DNA of 63,643 nt, the filler included. It is 5 parts of 5 records of this genome, joined end to end, with 100 filler letters (N's around TTAATTAATTAA, not from the genome) between each part and the next. Parts side by side here need not be neighbours in the genome. Positions count along the whole stretch, not along the records: positions 12,710 to 43,632 come from DRR723986_10799; 4 more parts are not named here. One strand, 5' to 3'. The notes under the pieces were generated by a model, which saw only the letters and a program-made list of their open reading frames with translations, had not been told where the DNA came from and made no database searches. Positions 28,819 through 37,656 of this stretch are shown here, piece after piece (position 1 is the first letter of the stretch; each line of letters begins with the position of its first letter). Position numbers and translations under genes: made by a program.

Positions 28819-30594
28819 ATGAGCAACACCAATAAACTCCAAACCCTGGGTTCCACCCTGGCCTCCTTGGTCAGCCCACACAAAGCCTGGGCGTTTGCCG
28901 CACTGGGTGCCCTTCTGCTGGGCTCGGCCATGTCACTGACCATGCCGCTCATGTTTCGCTGGTTGATCGACAGTGGATTTCTCGCTGGCAAAAACCCCGA
29001 GGGATTAAACAGTGCCTTTGGCTATATTTTGTTGCTCGTGTTTGTGCTCGCCATGGCCAGTGCGGTGAGGTTTTATTTGGTCACCACGCTGGGCGAACGT
29101 ATTTCTGCCGATTTGCGCAACCGTGTGTACAGCCATTTGCTGGTGCAACGCCCCGAGTTTTTTGAAACCTTAAAAGTTGGTGAAGTTTTATCTCGCTTGA
29201 CTGCTGACACCACGCTGATTCAAACCCTGATTGGCAGCAGTTTGTCATTCTTTCTGCGCAACAGTCTGACCACACTGGGTGGCTTGGTGATGCTGCTGCT
29301 TACAAGCCCTTTGCTTTCAGGTGCTGTGCTGTTGTTGGTAGTTGTGGTGATGATCCCGGTGGTGATATTGGCACGCAGGGTTCGCAAATTGTCGCGGGCC
29401 AGCCAAGACAAACTCGCCGACAGTAGCGCCATTGCTCAGGAAGTTTTGAACCAGATTACCACCGTCCAGGCTTTTAACCAGGAACATGCTGAGGCGTCGA
29501 AATTCACCACCTCAAGTGAGCAAACTTACCAAACCGCGCGCAGACGCACCGTGAACCGCTCCGCTTTGTTGTTCGTGGCGATTGGCCTTGCGTTCGCAGG
29601 CCTGGTGGTGGTGTTGTGGATGGGCGCAAAGGCAGTAGCCAGCGGTGAAATGAGCGCGGGTGAACTGGCCCAGTTTGTCATGTATGCAGCTTTCGTGGGC
29701 GCGGGTTTCGCCGCATTGTCTGAAGTACTCGGAGAATTTCAGCGTGCCGCAGGTGCGGCCGAGCGCCTGGTTGAGTTGCTCAATCTCGACACGACCATTC
29801 ACAAACATGGCCTTCCACCACCTGCGAAACAGGGCGGCTTTTTGATCGAATTCAGTCATGTTGATTTTGCCTATCCATCAGCGCCAGAAAAATTCATTCT
29901 TGAAGATTTCAACTTGAGTATTCAGCGCGGCGAAACGCTTGCCATTGTGGGTCCCTCGGGTGCAGGCAAGTCCACCTTGTTCAGCCTGCTTCTGCGCTGG
30001 TACGACGTTAACCAGGGACAAATATTGATCGAAGGCAAGGCCTTGGAAAGCCTTCATCTGGAGCAATGGCGAGCCAATTGCGCCTATGTGGCTCAGGAAG
30101 CGGTCATTTTCTCGGGCAGCCTGCAAGACAACGTGAGGTACAGCAAACCCGAGGCCACCGCCGAAGAAGTTGACAAGGCACTGGCCGACGCAGCCGCGAC
30201 CAATTTTGTCCACCGAATGCCCGAGGGTTTGGACACCAATGTGGGCGAAAAAGGGGTGCGCCTCAGTGGGGGAGAACGCCAACGTGTGTCCATCGCTCGC
30301 GCCGTGCTTCGCGACGCTGGTTTGCTTTTGCTGGATGAAGCCACGGCCAGCCTGGATGCAGAAAGCGAACAATTGGTTCAACAAGCAATCGAGAAAAGCC
30401 GACACGGCCGAACCACCCTGATCATTGCCCACCGCTTGGCTACCGTAATGGCGGCCGACCGGATTGTTGTGATGAATGAGGGCAAAATCGTGGAGATGGG
30501 TACTCACCGGGATTTGATGGCGCGTCAAGGTTTGTATGCCAAACTGGCTTCGCTTCAGTTTATCAATGAGCATGCACAGAAAGTGATGGCCTGA
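28819..30594 (+). CDS. MsbA-related fused ABC exporter (TMD+NBD)
   Basis: GEVLSRLTADTT, GPSGAGKST, LSGGERQRV, LLLDEATASLD, IAHRLAT. Confidence 0.92.
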   Translation: MSNTNKLQTLGSTLASLVSPHKAWAFAALGALLLGSAMSLTMPLMFRWLIDSGFLAGKNPEGLNSAFGYILLLVFVLAMASAVRFYLVTTLGERISADLRNRVYSHLLVQRPEFFETLKVGEVLSRLTADTTLIQTLIGSSLSFFLRNSLTTLGGLVMLLLTSPLLSGAVLLLVVVVMIPVVILARRVRKLSRASQDKLADSSAIAQEVLNQITTVQAFNQEHAEASKFTTSSEQTYQTARRRTVNRSALLFVAIGLAFAGLVVVLWMGAKAVASGEMSAGELAQFVMYAAFVGAGFAALSEVLGEFQRAAGAAERLVELLNLDTTIHKHGLPPPAKQGGFLIEFSHVDFAYPSAPEKFILEDFNLSIQRGETLAIVGPSGAGKSTLFSLLLRWYDVNQGQILIEGKALESLHLEQWRANCAYVAQEAVIFSGSLQDNVRYSKPEATAEEVDKALADAAATNFVHRMPEGLDTNVGEKGVRLSGGERQRVSIARAVLRDAGLLLLDEATASLDAESEQLVQQAIEKSRHGRTTLIIAHRLATVMAADRIVVMNEGKIVEMGTHRDLMARQGLYAKLASLQFINEHAQKVMA

Positions 30595-30678
30595 ATTTTC
30601 GGGGGACTTACCGATTGGCTAGCTCAACAAGGTAAACTTGTCAGACCAACGAACCCCGAAATTCGCAGCGAAATTACC

Positions 30679-31473
30679 ATGCAACAGTACCTCGACTTGA
30701 TGCAGCACGTGCTGGACCACGGCACCGACAAGATGGACCGCACCGGTACTGGCACGCGGTCCGTGTTTGGTTATCAAATGCGCTTCAATCTGCAAGATGG
30801 TTTCCCGATGGTGACCACCAAGAAGCTGCACACCCGCTCAATCATTCATGAGTTGCTGTGGTTCTTGATGGGCGACAGCAATATTCGATATCTGAAAGAG
30901 AACGGTGTGAGCATTTGGGACGAGTGGGCCGACGAAAATGGTAACCTGGGCCCAGTGTATGGCGTTCAATGGCGGAGCTGGCCCACGGCTGACGGCCGTC
31001 ACATCGACCAAATTTCGCAGTTGATGCAGCAAATTAAAAGTAACCCCGATTCCCGCCGCCACATCGTGAGCGCCTGGAACGTGGCTGAAATCAACAACAT
31101 GAAGCTGCCGCCTTGCCACGCACTGTTTCAGTTTTATGTAGCAGATGGCAAACTGAGCTGCCAGCTGTACCAGCGCAGTGCCGACATTTTCCTGGGTGTG
31201 CCTTTCAACATTGCCAGCTATGCCCTGCTCACCCACATGGTTGCGCAACAATGCGACCTTGAAGTAGGCGACTTTGTATGGACAGGCGGTGATTGCCATT
31301 TGTACAGCAACCACATGGAGCAAGTGGCCGAGCAGCTTAGCCGCAAGCCCTACCCATTGCCTACACTGCAGATCAAACGCAAACCTGACAGTATTTTCGA
31401 CTACAAGTTCGAAGATTTCGAAATTCTGAATTACACTTGCCACCCGCACATTAAAGCGCCAGTGGCTGTTTAA
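30679..31473 (+). CDS. thyA: Thymidylate synthase
   Basis: [38 protein letters not shown]. Confidence 0.99.
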   Translation: MQQYLDLMQHVLDHGTDKMDRTGTGTRSVFGYQMRFNLQDGFPMVTTKKLHTRSIIHELLWFLMGDSNIRYLKENGVSIWDEWADENGNLGPVYGVQWRSWPTADGRHIDQISQLMQQIKSNPDSRRHIVSAWNVAEINNMKLPPCHALFQFYVADGKLSCQLYQRSADIFLGVPFNIASYALLTHMVAQQCDLEVGDFVWTGGDCHLYSNHMEQVAEQLSRKPYPLPTLQIKRKPDSIFDYKFEDFEILNYTCHPHIKAPVAV

Positions 31474-31476
31474 AGC

Positions 31477-32043
31477 ATGAAAGTATCCATCGTGGCTGCA
31501 GTGGCCCAAAACGGCATTATTGGCATCAACAACAGTTTGCCTTGGCACTTGCCCGAAGACCTTGCATTTTTCAAACAAACCACTTTGGGCCGCCCGGTAC
31601 TCATGGGTCGAAAAACCTATGAATCCATTAACCGGCCTTTGCCTGGACGCTTGAATGTGGTGCTGTCGAGCAATACACACTGGAAACCTGCCCCCGCCAA
31701 AGATGGCACACCACGCAGCGTAATTACCCACCCAGCTACACTACCCGAAGGCAATTCCACTCAAATTGCCACCGCGACGAGCTTGCCCGATGCACTGAAA
31801 TGGCTCTCCAGCTTTGAACAGGTATTTTTAATAGGTGGAAGTCATTTGTATCAGCAAGCACTAGAGCAAAACTTGGTTGATGAGCTGATACTCACCGAGA
31901 TACATCAAAGCTTTGAGGGCGATGCCAAGTTTCCGCAATGGAATCGCGAGCTGTTCAGGGAAGTTGAACGGATTGCCAATACAGCCACGCCGGAACGCGC
32001 GTGGGGCTTTGATTTTGTAAAATACGCAAAAGTAGACAATTAA
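31477..32043 (+). CDS. folA: Dihydrofolate reductase
   Basis: IGINNSLPWHLPEDL, MGRKTYESI, PLPGRLN, IGG, GDAKFP; 3 nt after thyA. Confidence 0.96.
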   Translation: MKVSIVAAVAQNGIIGINNSLPWHLPEDLAFFKQTTLGRPVLMGRKTYESINRPLPGRLNVVLSSNTHWKPAPAKDGTPRSVITHPATLPEGNSTQIATATSLPDALKWLSSFEQVFLIGGSHLYQQALEQNLVDELILTEIHQSFEGDAKFPQWNRELFREVERIANTATPERAWGFDFVKYAKVDN

Positions 32044-32087
32044 TCCGCGAAGAATTGAACCCTGTAAGGGGTTAGAAGGAGTAAACA

Positions 32088-32360
32088 ATGGCACGTACAG
32101 TGAACTGCATTAAACTGGGTAAAGAGGCGGAAGGCTTGGATTTTCCTCCTGCACCTGGCGAGTTGGGCAAGAAAATTTTTGAGAATGTATCCAAACAAGC
32201 CTGGCAAGACTGGTTGAAACACCAAACCATGTTGGTAAACGAGAACCGCCTGAGCCTGGCGGATGCTCGCGCCCGCAAGTACCTGATGGAACAAATGGAA
32301 AAGCACTTCTTTGGTGATGGTGCCGAACAAGCTGCCGGTTATGTGCCGCCCAGCAACTAA
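32088..32360 (+). CDS. yggX: Fe(II)-trafficking / oxidative damage protection protein
   Basis: [17 protein letters not shown]...[14 protein letters not shown]...GYVPP. Confidence 0.95.
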   Translation: MARTVNCIKLGKEAEGLDFPPAPGELGKKIFENVSKQAWQDWLKHQTMLVNENRLSLADARARKYLMEQMEKHFFGDGAEQAAGYVPPSN

Positions 32361-32400
32361 ACAGTCACCCCACAAACATTACCCCGCACTGCAAATGAGG

Positions 32401-32429
32401 AAAGGCCCCTAAGCCAAGGGGCTTTTTTT
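32401..32429 (+). terminator. Intrinsic terminator after yggX
   Basis: GGCCCCT-AAGCCA-AGGGGCT followed by T tract. Confidence 0.8.
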
Positions 32430-32476
32430 ATTGTGCCAGCCGTTGCATACTGAAACTGTCAACCGGAGTTCTCAGC

Positions 32477-32785
32477 ATGACCAGCTTCCAAGACAGCGTG
32501 CTGTTTCGCTATTTTTTCTTTCACTGGCTGTTTCGCGATGCCAGTGTAAAAGAGCTGTATCAACGTTCTGCAGCAATCGCTCACAACAAAGCCAACCGGC
32601 ATCACCTGCTGGCCTATCTACGCCGGTGGATCGCGCTGACATTGATGATGTACTTCGCCGGGATCATGCTGGAACAGTTCAACACGCTGGCTTGCGTGTT
32701 TTTTTACACGGCTGCAGCGCTGTGCACCTGCACCATTGCAAAAATTACAGTGGCGTGGATTTTTCTGGGTAAGCACCAGCTATAA
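32477..32785 (+). CDS. Hypothetical membrane protein (102 aa)
   Basis: GGAG RBS; FRYFFFHWLFRDA motif, two C-terminal hydrophobic segments; flanked by terminators. Confidence 0.7.
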   Translation: MTSFQDSVLFRYFFFHWLFRDASVKELYQRSAAIAHNKANRHHLLAYLRRWIALTLMMYFAGIMLEQFNTLACVFFYTAAALCTCTIAKITVAWIFLGKHQL

Positions 32786-32804
32786 ACGAACCGCAGCGCC
32801 CAAC

Positions 32805-32837
32805 AAAAAGCCCGCAACACATTCAATGAAGCGGGCT
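32805..32837 (-). terminator. Intrinsic terminator after phoU
   Basis: Minus strand AGCCCGC...GCGGGCT followed by TTTT. Confidence 0.6.
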
Positions 32838-32878
32838 GATTTGATCAAGGCAAACGCCTGTTTTCAAACAATCACGGG

Positions 32879-33580
32879 TCAGTTGTCCGAAGCTTCCTGA
32901 GCCACGACTTCCGGGCCTTGGTGGCGAACATCTCGGCCTTTTACCATGTACACGACGTGTTCGGACATGTTTTTGGAGTGATCGCCGATACGCTCAATCG
33001 CTTTGGCGATAAACAAGATCTCGATGGAACGGGAAATGGTACGAGGATCTTCCATCATGAAGGTGATCAGTTGACGCAAAATCGCCTTAAACTCATCATC
33101 GACTTCGATGTCGGCTTTCACCACCTCCGCTGCAGACACCGCATTAACGCGAGCATAGGAGTCTAATACCTTGCGCAGCATGGCAATCGCATTACTGGCG
33201 ATTCGATGCAAATCGACCTTGGGCACGAAATGCTTGCCCGCATCAGCAATCATCATGCCCATGCGCGCCACTTTCTCGGCCTCATCACCAATTCGTTCCA
33301 GATCACGAATCATTTTAATCGCCACAATTACCGAGCGCAGGTCAACAGCTGCAGGCTGGCGACGGGCCAAAATATGATTGCACAACTCGTCGATCTCTAG
33401 TTCGATGTCATTGACTTCTTTTTCGCGACGAATCACGTCTTTGAAAATTTGGGTATCGGCAGCGCCCAATCCCTCGATGGCTGACACGATCTGATTCTCC
33501 ACCAGGCCGCCCATCTGTAGAACGCGAGTGCGCAGCGACTCCAGTTCGGCGTCGTACTGTTTGGAGGTGTGTTCAGTCAT
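32879..33580 (-). CDS. phoU: Phosphate signalling complex protein PhoU
   Basis: EHTSKQYDAEL...MGGLVE, ARRQPAAVDLR, DLERIGD, IERIGDHSKN. Confidence 0.97.
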   Translation of the reverse strand: MTEHTSKQYDAELESLRTRVLQMGGLVENQIVSAIEGLGAADTQIFKDVIRREKEVNDIELEIDELCNHILARRQPAAVDLRSVIVAIKMIRDLERIGDEAEKVARMGMMIADAGKHFVPKVDLHRIASNAIAMLRKVLDSYARVNAVSAAEVVKADIEVDDEFKAILRQLITFMMEDPRTISRSIEILFIAKAIERIGDHSKNMSEHVVYMVKGRDVRHQGPEVVAQEASDN

Positions 33581-33621
33581 TTGTCTTCCTTAACCGGATA
33601 ATTGTTGTAACGATGCAATGT

Positions 33622-33650
33622 GGCACAGGCACATGACAGGAATTTGTCAA
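33622..33650 (-). promoter_or_regulatory. Pho box upstream of phoU
   Basis: Minus strand TTGACAA-ATTC-CTGTCAT-GTGC-CTGTGCC, 11-bp period with one perfect CTGTCAT. Confidence 0.6.
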
Positions 33651-33724
33651 ACCAACCGAATCGCTACTTTATTCTGCCATGTTCTGAACAATTATTCAGG
33701 TCTTCGTCCCGTCTGTATGCGGGA

Positions 33725-34378
33725 TTAAAGGGTTTTTATGCCGTCTGCTGTTGCGATTAACACCACATCGGCCTTGCGTATCGCGAAAAGTCCGTTCGTC
33801 ACTACACCTGGCCAGTGGTTGATCTCCTTTTCCATCGCGATTGGGTCAGAAATTTTCAAACCAGCCACATCCAGAATCACATTGCCATTGTCCGTAACAA
33901 AACCCTCGCGCAGCCTCACCTGCCCACCCAGGGCGGCTAGCTTTCGTGCAATTGCGTTGCGAGCCATGGGCAGGACTTCCACAGGTAATGGGAAAGCCCC
34001 CAATACCTCGACCAGTTTGGATTGGTCAGCGATACATACAAATTTGTCCGAAATGTCCGCGACAATTTTCTCTCGGGTGTTGGCACCGCCACCCCCTTTA
34101 ATCAGACAGTTCGCTGGGTCTACTTCATCCGCACCGTCGACATAAACCGACAGGCTTTCTACATCGTTCATATCAACGATGGGCACACCTATTTCACGCA
34201 GCTTTTTCTCAGACCGCACTGAAGACGAGACCGCCCCTTTCAATTCAATACCCGACTCTGCCAAGGCATCAATAAAACAATCCACAGTGGACCCTGTACC
34301 TACCCCCAGGACCGTGCCAGGTTGAACATAGGCGAGTGCGGCCTTGGCCACCATTTTCTTAAGCGTTAAAGCATCCAT
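33725..34378 (-). CDS. rpiA: Ribose-5-phosphate isomerase A
   Basis: GVGTGST, DGADEVD, IKGGGG, REKIV, FPLPVEV, TDNGN. Confidence 0.97.
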   Translation of the reverse strand: MDALTLKKMVAKAALAYVQPGTVLGVGTGSTVDCFIDALAESGIELKGAVSSSVRSEKKLREIGVPIVDMNDVESLSVYVDGADEVDPANCLIKGGGGANTREKIVADISDKFVCIADQSKLVEVLGAFPLPVEVLPMARNAIARKLAALGGQVRLREGFVTDNGNVILDVAGLKISDPIAMEKEINHWPGVVTNGLFAIRKADVVLIATADGIKTL

Positions 34379-34464
34379 GAGGGTTTTGATATTCCTGAGC
34401 GACAATGATTGATTGAGCCGAAGCGCATTCTTGTATTTTACTGGCAGAAGGAAGGCACAAATGG

Positions 34465-34492
34465 AAAAACCAACTGCATGCAGTTGGTTTTT
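34465..34492 (-). terminator. Palindromic terminator after lpdA
   Basis: Perfect 28-bp palindrome AAAAACCAACTGCATGCAGTTGGTTTTT, 27 nt past lpdA stop. Confidence 0.7.
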
Positions 34493-34519
34493 CGGAGCGT
34501 TGAAGCAAAAGTAAAGCGC

Positions 34520-36292
34520 TTACTTCTTTTTCTGGGCTGGCAAGTCAGTGCACACGCCTTTATAAACTTCTGCGGCCATACCGACGCTTTCACACAAGGT
34601 GGGGTGTGGGTGAATGGTTTTACCGATGTCGACCGCATCAGCACCCATTTCAACAGCAAGACACACCTCACCGATCAAGTCACCCGCATTCATACCCACA
34701 ATACCGCCACCCACTACCCGCTTGGTATCCTCATCAAACAACAATTTGGTGAAGCCATCGTCGGCGTTGTTGGCTATGGCACGACCTGAGGCAGCCCAAG
34801 GGAATACTGCCTTGCCCACTTTAATACCTTGGTCTTTGGCCTGGTCCTCGGTTAATCCAACCCAAGCGACCTCGGGGTGCGTATAGGCCACACTCGGAAT
34901 AACCCGAGCATCGAAGAACGCTTTTTCATCCGCAGCAGCCTCGGCAGCCACGTGGGCCTCGTGCACTGCCTTGTGTGCAAGCATGGGTTGGCCTACCACA
35001 TCACCGATTGCGAAAATATGAGGTACGTTGGTCCGCATTTGCTTGTCCACTGGGATGAAGCCGCGTTCGGTGACCGCAACACCCGCTTTCTCGGCACCAA
35101 TTTTCTTGCCGTTGGGTGTACGGCCCACCGAAACCAACACCATGTCATAAAGCTGGGGCTCTTTCGGGGCCTGTTCGCCTTCGAATGTCACCAGAATGCC
35201 CTTTTTCGTGGCCTCTACGCCCACGGTTTTGGTTTTCAACATAATGTTGTCAAACCGTGGCGCATTGCGCTTTTGCCAGACTTTCACCAAATCGCGATCG
35301 GCCCCTTGCATCAAGCCATCCAGCATTTCAACCACATCCAAACGGGCACCCAAGGCCGAGTACACCGTGGCCATTTCAAGACCAATGATGCCTCCGCCAA
35401 TGATCAGCATGCGCTTGGGAACAAAGGGCAATTCAAGCGCACCAGTCGAATCCACAATGCGAGGGTCTTCAGGAATAAAAGGCAAATGCACCGGTTGTGA
35501 ACCTGCGGCAATAATTGCCTTGTTGAACTGAATCACTTGCTTGCTGCCATCGGCCAATGCCACCTCAAGGTGATTGGCACTTAGAAAGCTGCCCACGCCT
35601 TGTACGGTTTTGACCTTGCGGCCTTTGGCCATGCCAGCCAAACCACCAGTGAGCTTGCCAACCACGCTGGCTTTGTGTGCGCGTAATTTATCAAGATCAA
35701 TTTCAGGCCTGGCAAATGCAATGCCGTGCTCGCCCATGTGCTGTGCCTCCTCCAGCACTTGCGCGGTGTGCAAGAGTGCTTTGGAAGGAATACAACCCAC
35801 GTTCAAACACACCCCCCCCAGGGTGCTATACCTTTCAACCAGAATGGTATTCATGCCAAGGTCGGCACTTCGGAAGGCTGCGGAATAACCACCGGGGCCC
35901 GCACCCAACACCAGCACATCGCAAGTGTGGTCAATCTGACCACTGTAACTGCTGGCTGGGCCTGCAGTTGCAACTGGTGCGCTTGGTACGGGTGCAGCAG
36001 CCGGTTGGGGTGCCGCCGCAACTGCTGGTTTTGACTCAGCAGCCGGAGCTGCTGCAGCCGCACCGGCACCACTGATTTCACAAATCTCGCTGCCCTTCGA
36101 GACCTTGTCGCCAACCTTCACCAAAAGCTTGGTCACAACGCCATCATCGGATGCGGGAATTTCCATGCTGGCCTTGTCGGACTCCACCGTGATCAAAGAC
36201 TGCTCCTTGCTCACTTTGTCGCCCACTTTGACCAACACTTCAATAATTTCTACGGAATCAAAATCACCGATATCAGGAACGATCAGTTTCAT
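34520..36292 (-). CDS. lpdA: Dihydrolipoyl dehydrogenase (E3) with N-terminal lipoyl domain
   Basis: VESDKASME lipoyl motif, Ala/Pro linker, [26 protein letters not shown]. Confidence 0.98.
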   Translation of the reverse strand: MKLIVPDIGDFDSVEIIEVLVKVGDKVSKEQSLITVESDKASMEIPASDDGVVTKLLVKVGDKVSKGSEICEISGAGAAAAAPAAESKPAVAAAPQPAAAPVPSAPVATAGPASSYSGQIDHTCDVLVLGAGPGGYSAAFRSADLGMNTILVERYSTLGGVCLNVGCIPSKALLHTAQVLEEAQHMGEHGIAFARPEIDLDKLRAHKASVVGKLTGGLAGMAKGRKVKTVQGVGSFLSANHLEVALADGSKQVIQFNKAIIAAGSQPVHLPFIPEDPRIVDSTGALELPFVPKRMLIIGGGIIGLEMATVYSALGARLDVVEMLDGLMQGADRDLVKVWQKRNAPRFDNIMLKTKTVGVEATKKGILVTFEGEQAPKEPQLYDMVLVSVGRTPNGKKIGAEKAGVAVTERGFIPVDKQMRTNVPHIFAIGDVVGQPMLAHKAVHEAHVAAEAAADEKAFFDARVIPSVAYTHPEVAWVGLTEDQAKDQGIKVGKAVFPWAASGRAIANNADDGFTKLLFDEDTKRVVGGGIVGMNAGDLIGEVCLAVEMGADAVDIGKTIHPHPTLCESVGMAAEVYKGVCTDLPAQKKK

Positions 36293-36304
36293 ATGTTCAT
36301 CCCC

Positions 36305-37642
36305 TTACAACAGCACTTTGCGCATGTCGGCCAAAACGCCAGCAAGCTCTGTGGTGAACCGGGCAGCCATGGCGCCATCAATTACGCGGTGGTCGTAACT
36401 CAGGCTAAGAGGCAACATCAGGCGGGGCTCAAATTCCTTGCCATTCCAAACCGGTTTCATGGCCGATTTGGACAAGCCCAAAATAGCCACCTCAGGCGCA
36501 TTAATAATCGGCGTGAACATGGTTCCACCCACACCACCCAATGAAGAAATAGTGAATGTGGCACCCTGCATATCAGCGCCTTTCAGCTTGCCGTCGCGGG
36601 CTTGGGCAGACAATTCACCGAGCTCATTGGCAATCTGTGCAAAGCCTTTTTGATCCACACCCTTGATAACCGGTACCACCAAACCGTTTGGCGTGTCGGC
36701 CGCAAAACCAATATTCCAGTATTTCTTCACAATCAATTTGTCGCCAGCTTCACTCAGCGACGCATTGAAGGCCGGGTACTTTTTCAGAACTGCAACACAA
36801 GCCTTCATCACGAAAGCCAACATGGTCAGCTTAACGCCTTGCTTGGCCAGTGCAGCATTGGTGTCTTTGCGGAATTGCTCCAGATCAGTGATGTCAGCCT
36901 CATCAAACTGCGTCACGTGCGGAATCATGACCCAGTTGCGGTGCAGGTTCGGACCAGACAACTTCTTGATGCGTGAAAGTTCCTGCTCTTCAATTTCACC
37001 GAACTTGGTGAAATCCACTTTTGGCCAGGGCAACAAATCGAGGCCCACACCACTGCCGCCTTTTGCTGCGCCAGCGGAGGCAGAACCCACTCCGGCAACA
37101 GCCGCCTTCACGAAGTTACGGACATCGTCGGGCGTGATTCGCCCTTTCGGACCGGTGCCTTGCACAGCGGTCAAGTTCACACCCAATTCCCGTGCAAATT
37201 TCCGAACTGACGGACTTGCGTGCGGCGCGTTCACAGAGGTTGCGGTTGGGCTGTGTGGCTCAGAAGTGGCTGGTGCCGAAGCCATCACCGGCGCAGGTGC
37301 AGAACTGACCACAGGTGCAACTGCAACCGGCTTGGGTGCTTCATTCTTGGGTTCTTCGGCTTTGGGTGCTTCTTCTGCCTTCAGCGTCGAAGTGGTTGCC
37401 CCGCCTGAAGCTGGTTCCAGAATCAGCATCAGGCTGCCTTCTTTCACCTTGTCACCAATGTTCACCTTCATTTCTTTGACAACACCTGCCTGCGGGCATG
37501 GAATTTCCATACTGGCTTTGTCAGATTCAACGGTGATGATGGATTGCTCCGCCGCCACGGTATCACCGGCCTTCACCAACACTTCAATCACTTCCACCCC
37601 GTCAAAATCGCCGATGTCGGGTACCTTGATTTCGATTGTCAT
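36305..37642 (-). CDS. aceF: Pyruvate dehydrogenase E2 (dihydrolipoyl acetyltransferase), single lipoyl domain
   Basis: [41 protein letters not shown]. Confidence 0.97.
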   Translation of the reverse strand: MTIEIKVPDIGDFDGVEVIEVLVKAGDTVAAEQSIITVESDKASMEIPCPQAGVVKEMKVNIGDKVKEGSLMLILEPASGGATTSTLKAEEAPKAEEPKNEAPKPVAVAPVVSSAPAPVMASAPATSEPHSPTATSVNAPHASPSVRKFARELGVNLTAVQGTGPKGRITPDDVRNFVKAAVAGVGSASAGAAKGGSGVGLDLLPWPKVDFTKFGEIEEQELSRIKKLSGPNLHRNWVMIPHVTQFDEADITDLEQFRKDTNAALAKQGVKLTMLAFVMKACVAVLKKYPAFNASLSEAGDKLIVKKYWNIGFAADTPNGLVVPVIKGVDQKGFAQIANELGELSAQARDGKLKGADMQGATFTISSLGGVGGTMFTPIINAPEVAILGLSKSAMKPVWNGKEFEPRLMLPLSLSYDHRVIDGAMAARFTTELAGVLADMRKVLL

Positions 37643-37656
37643 GACTATCGTCCTTT

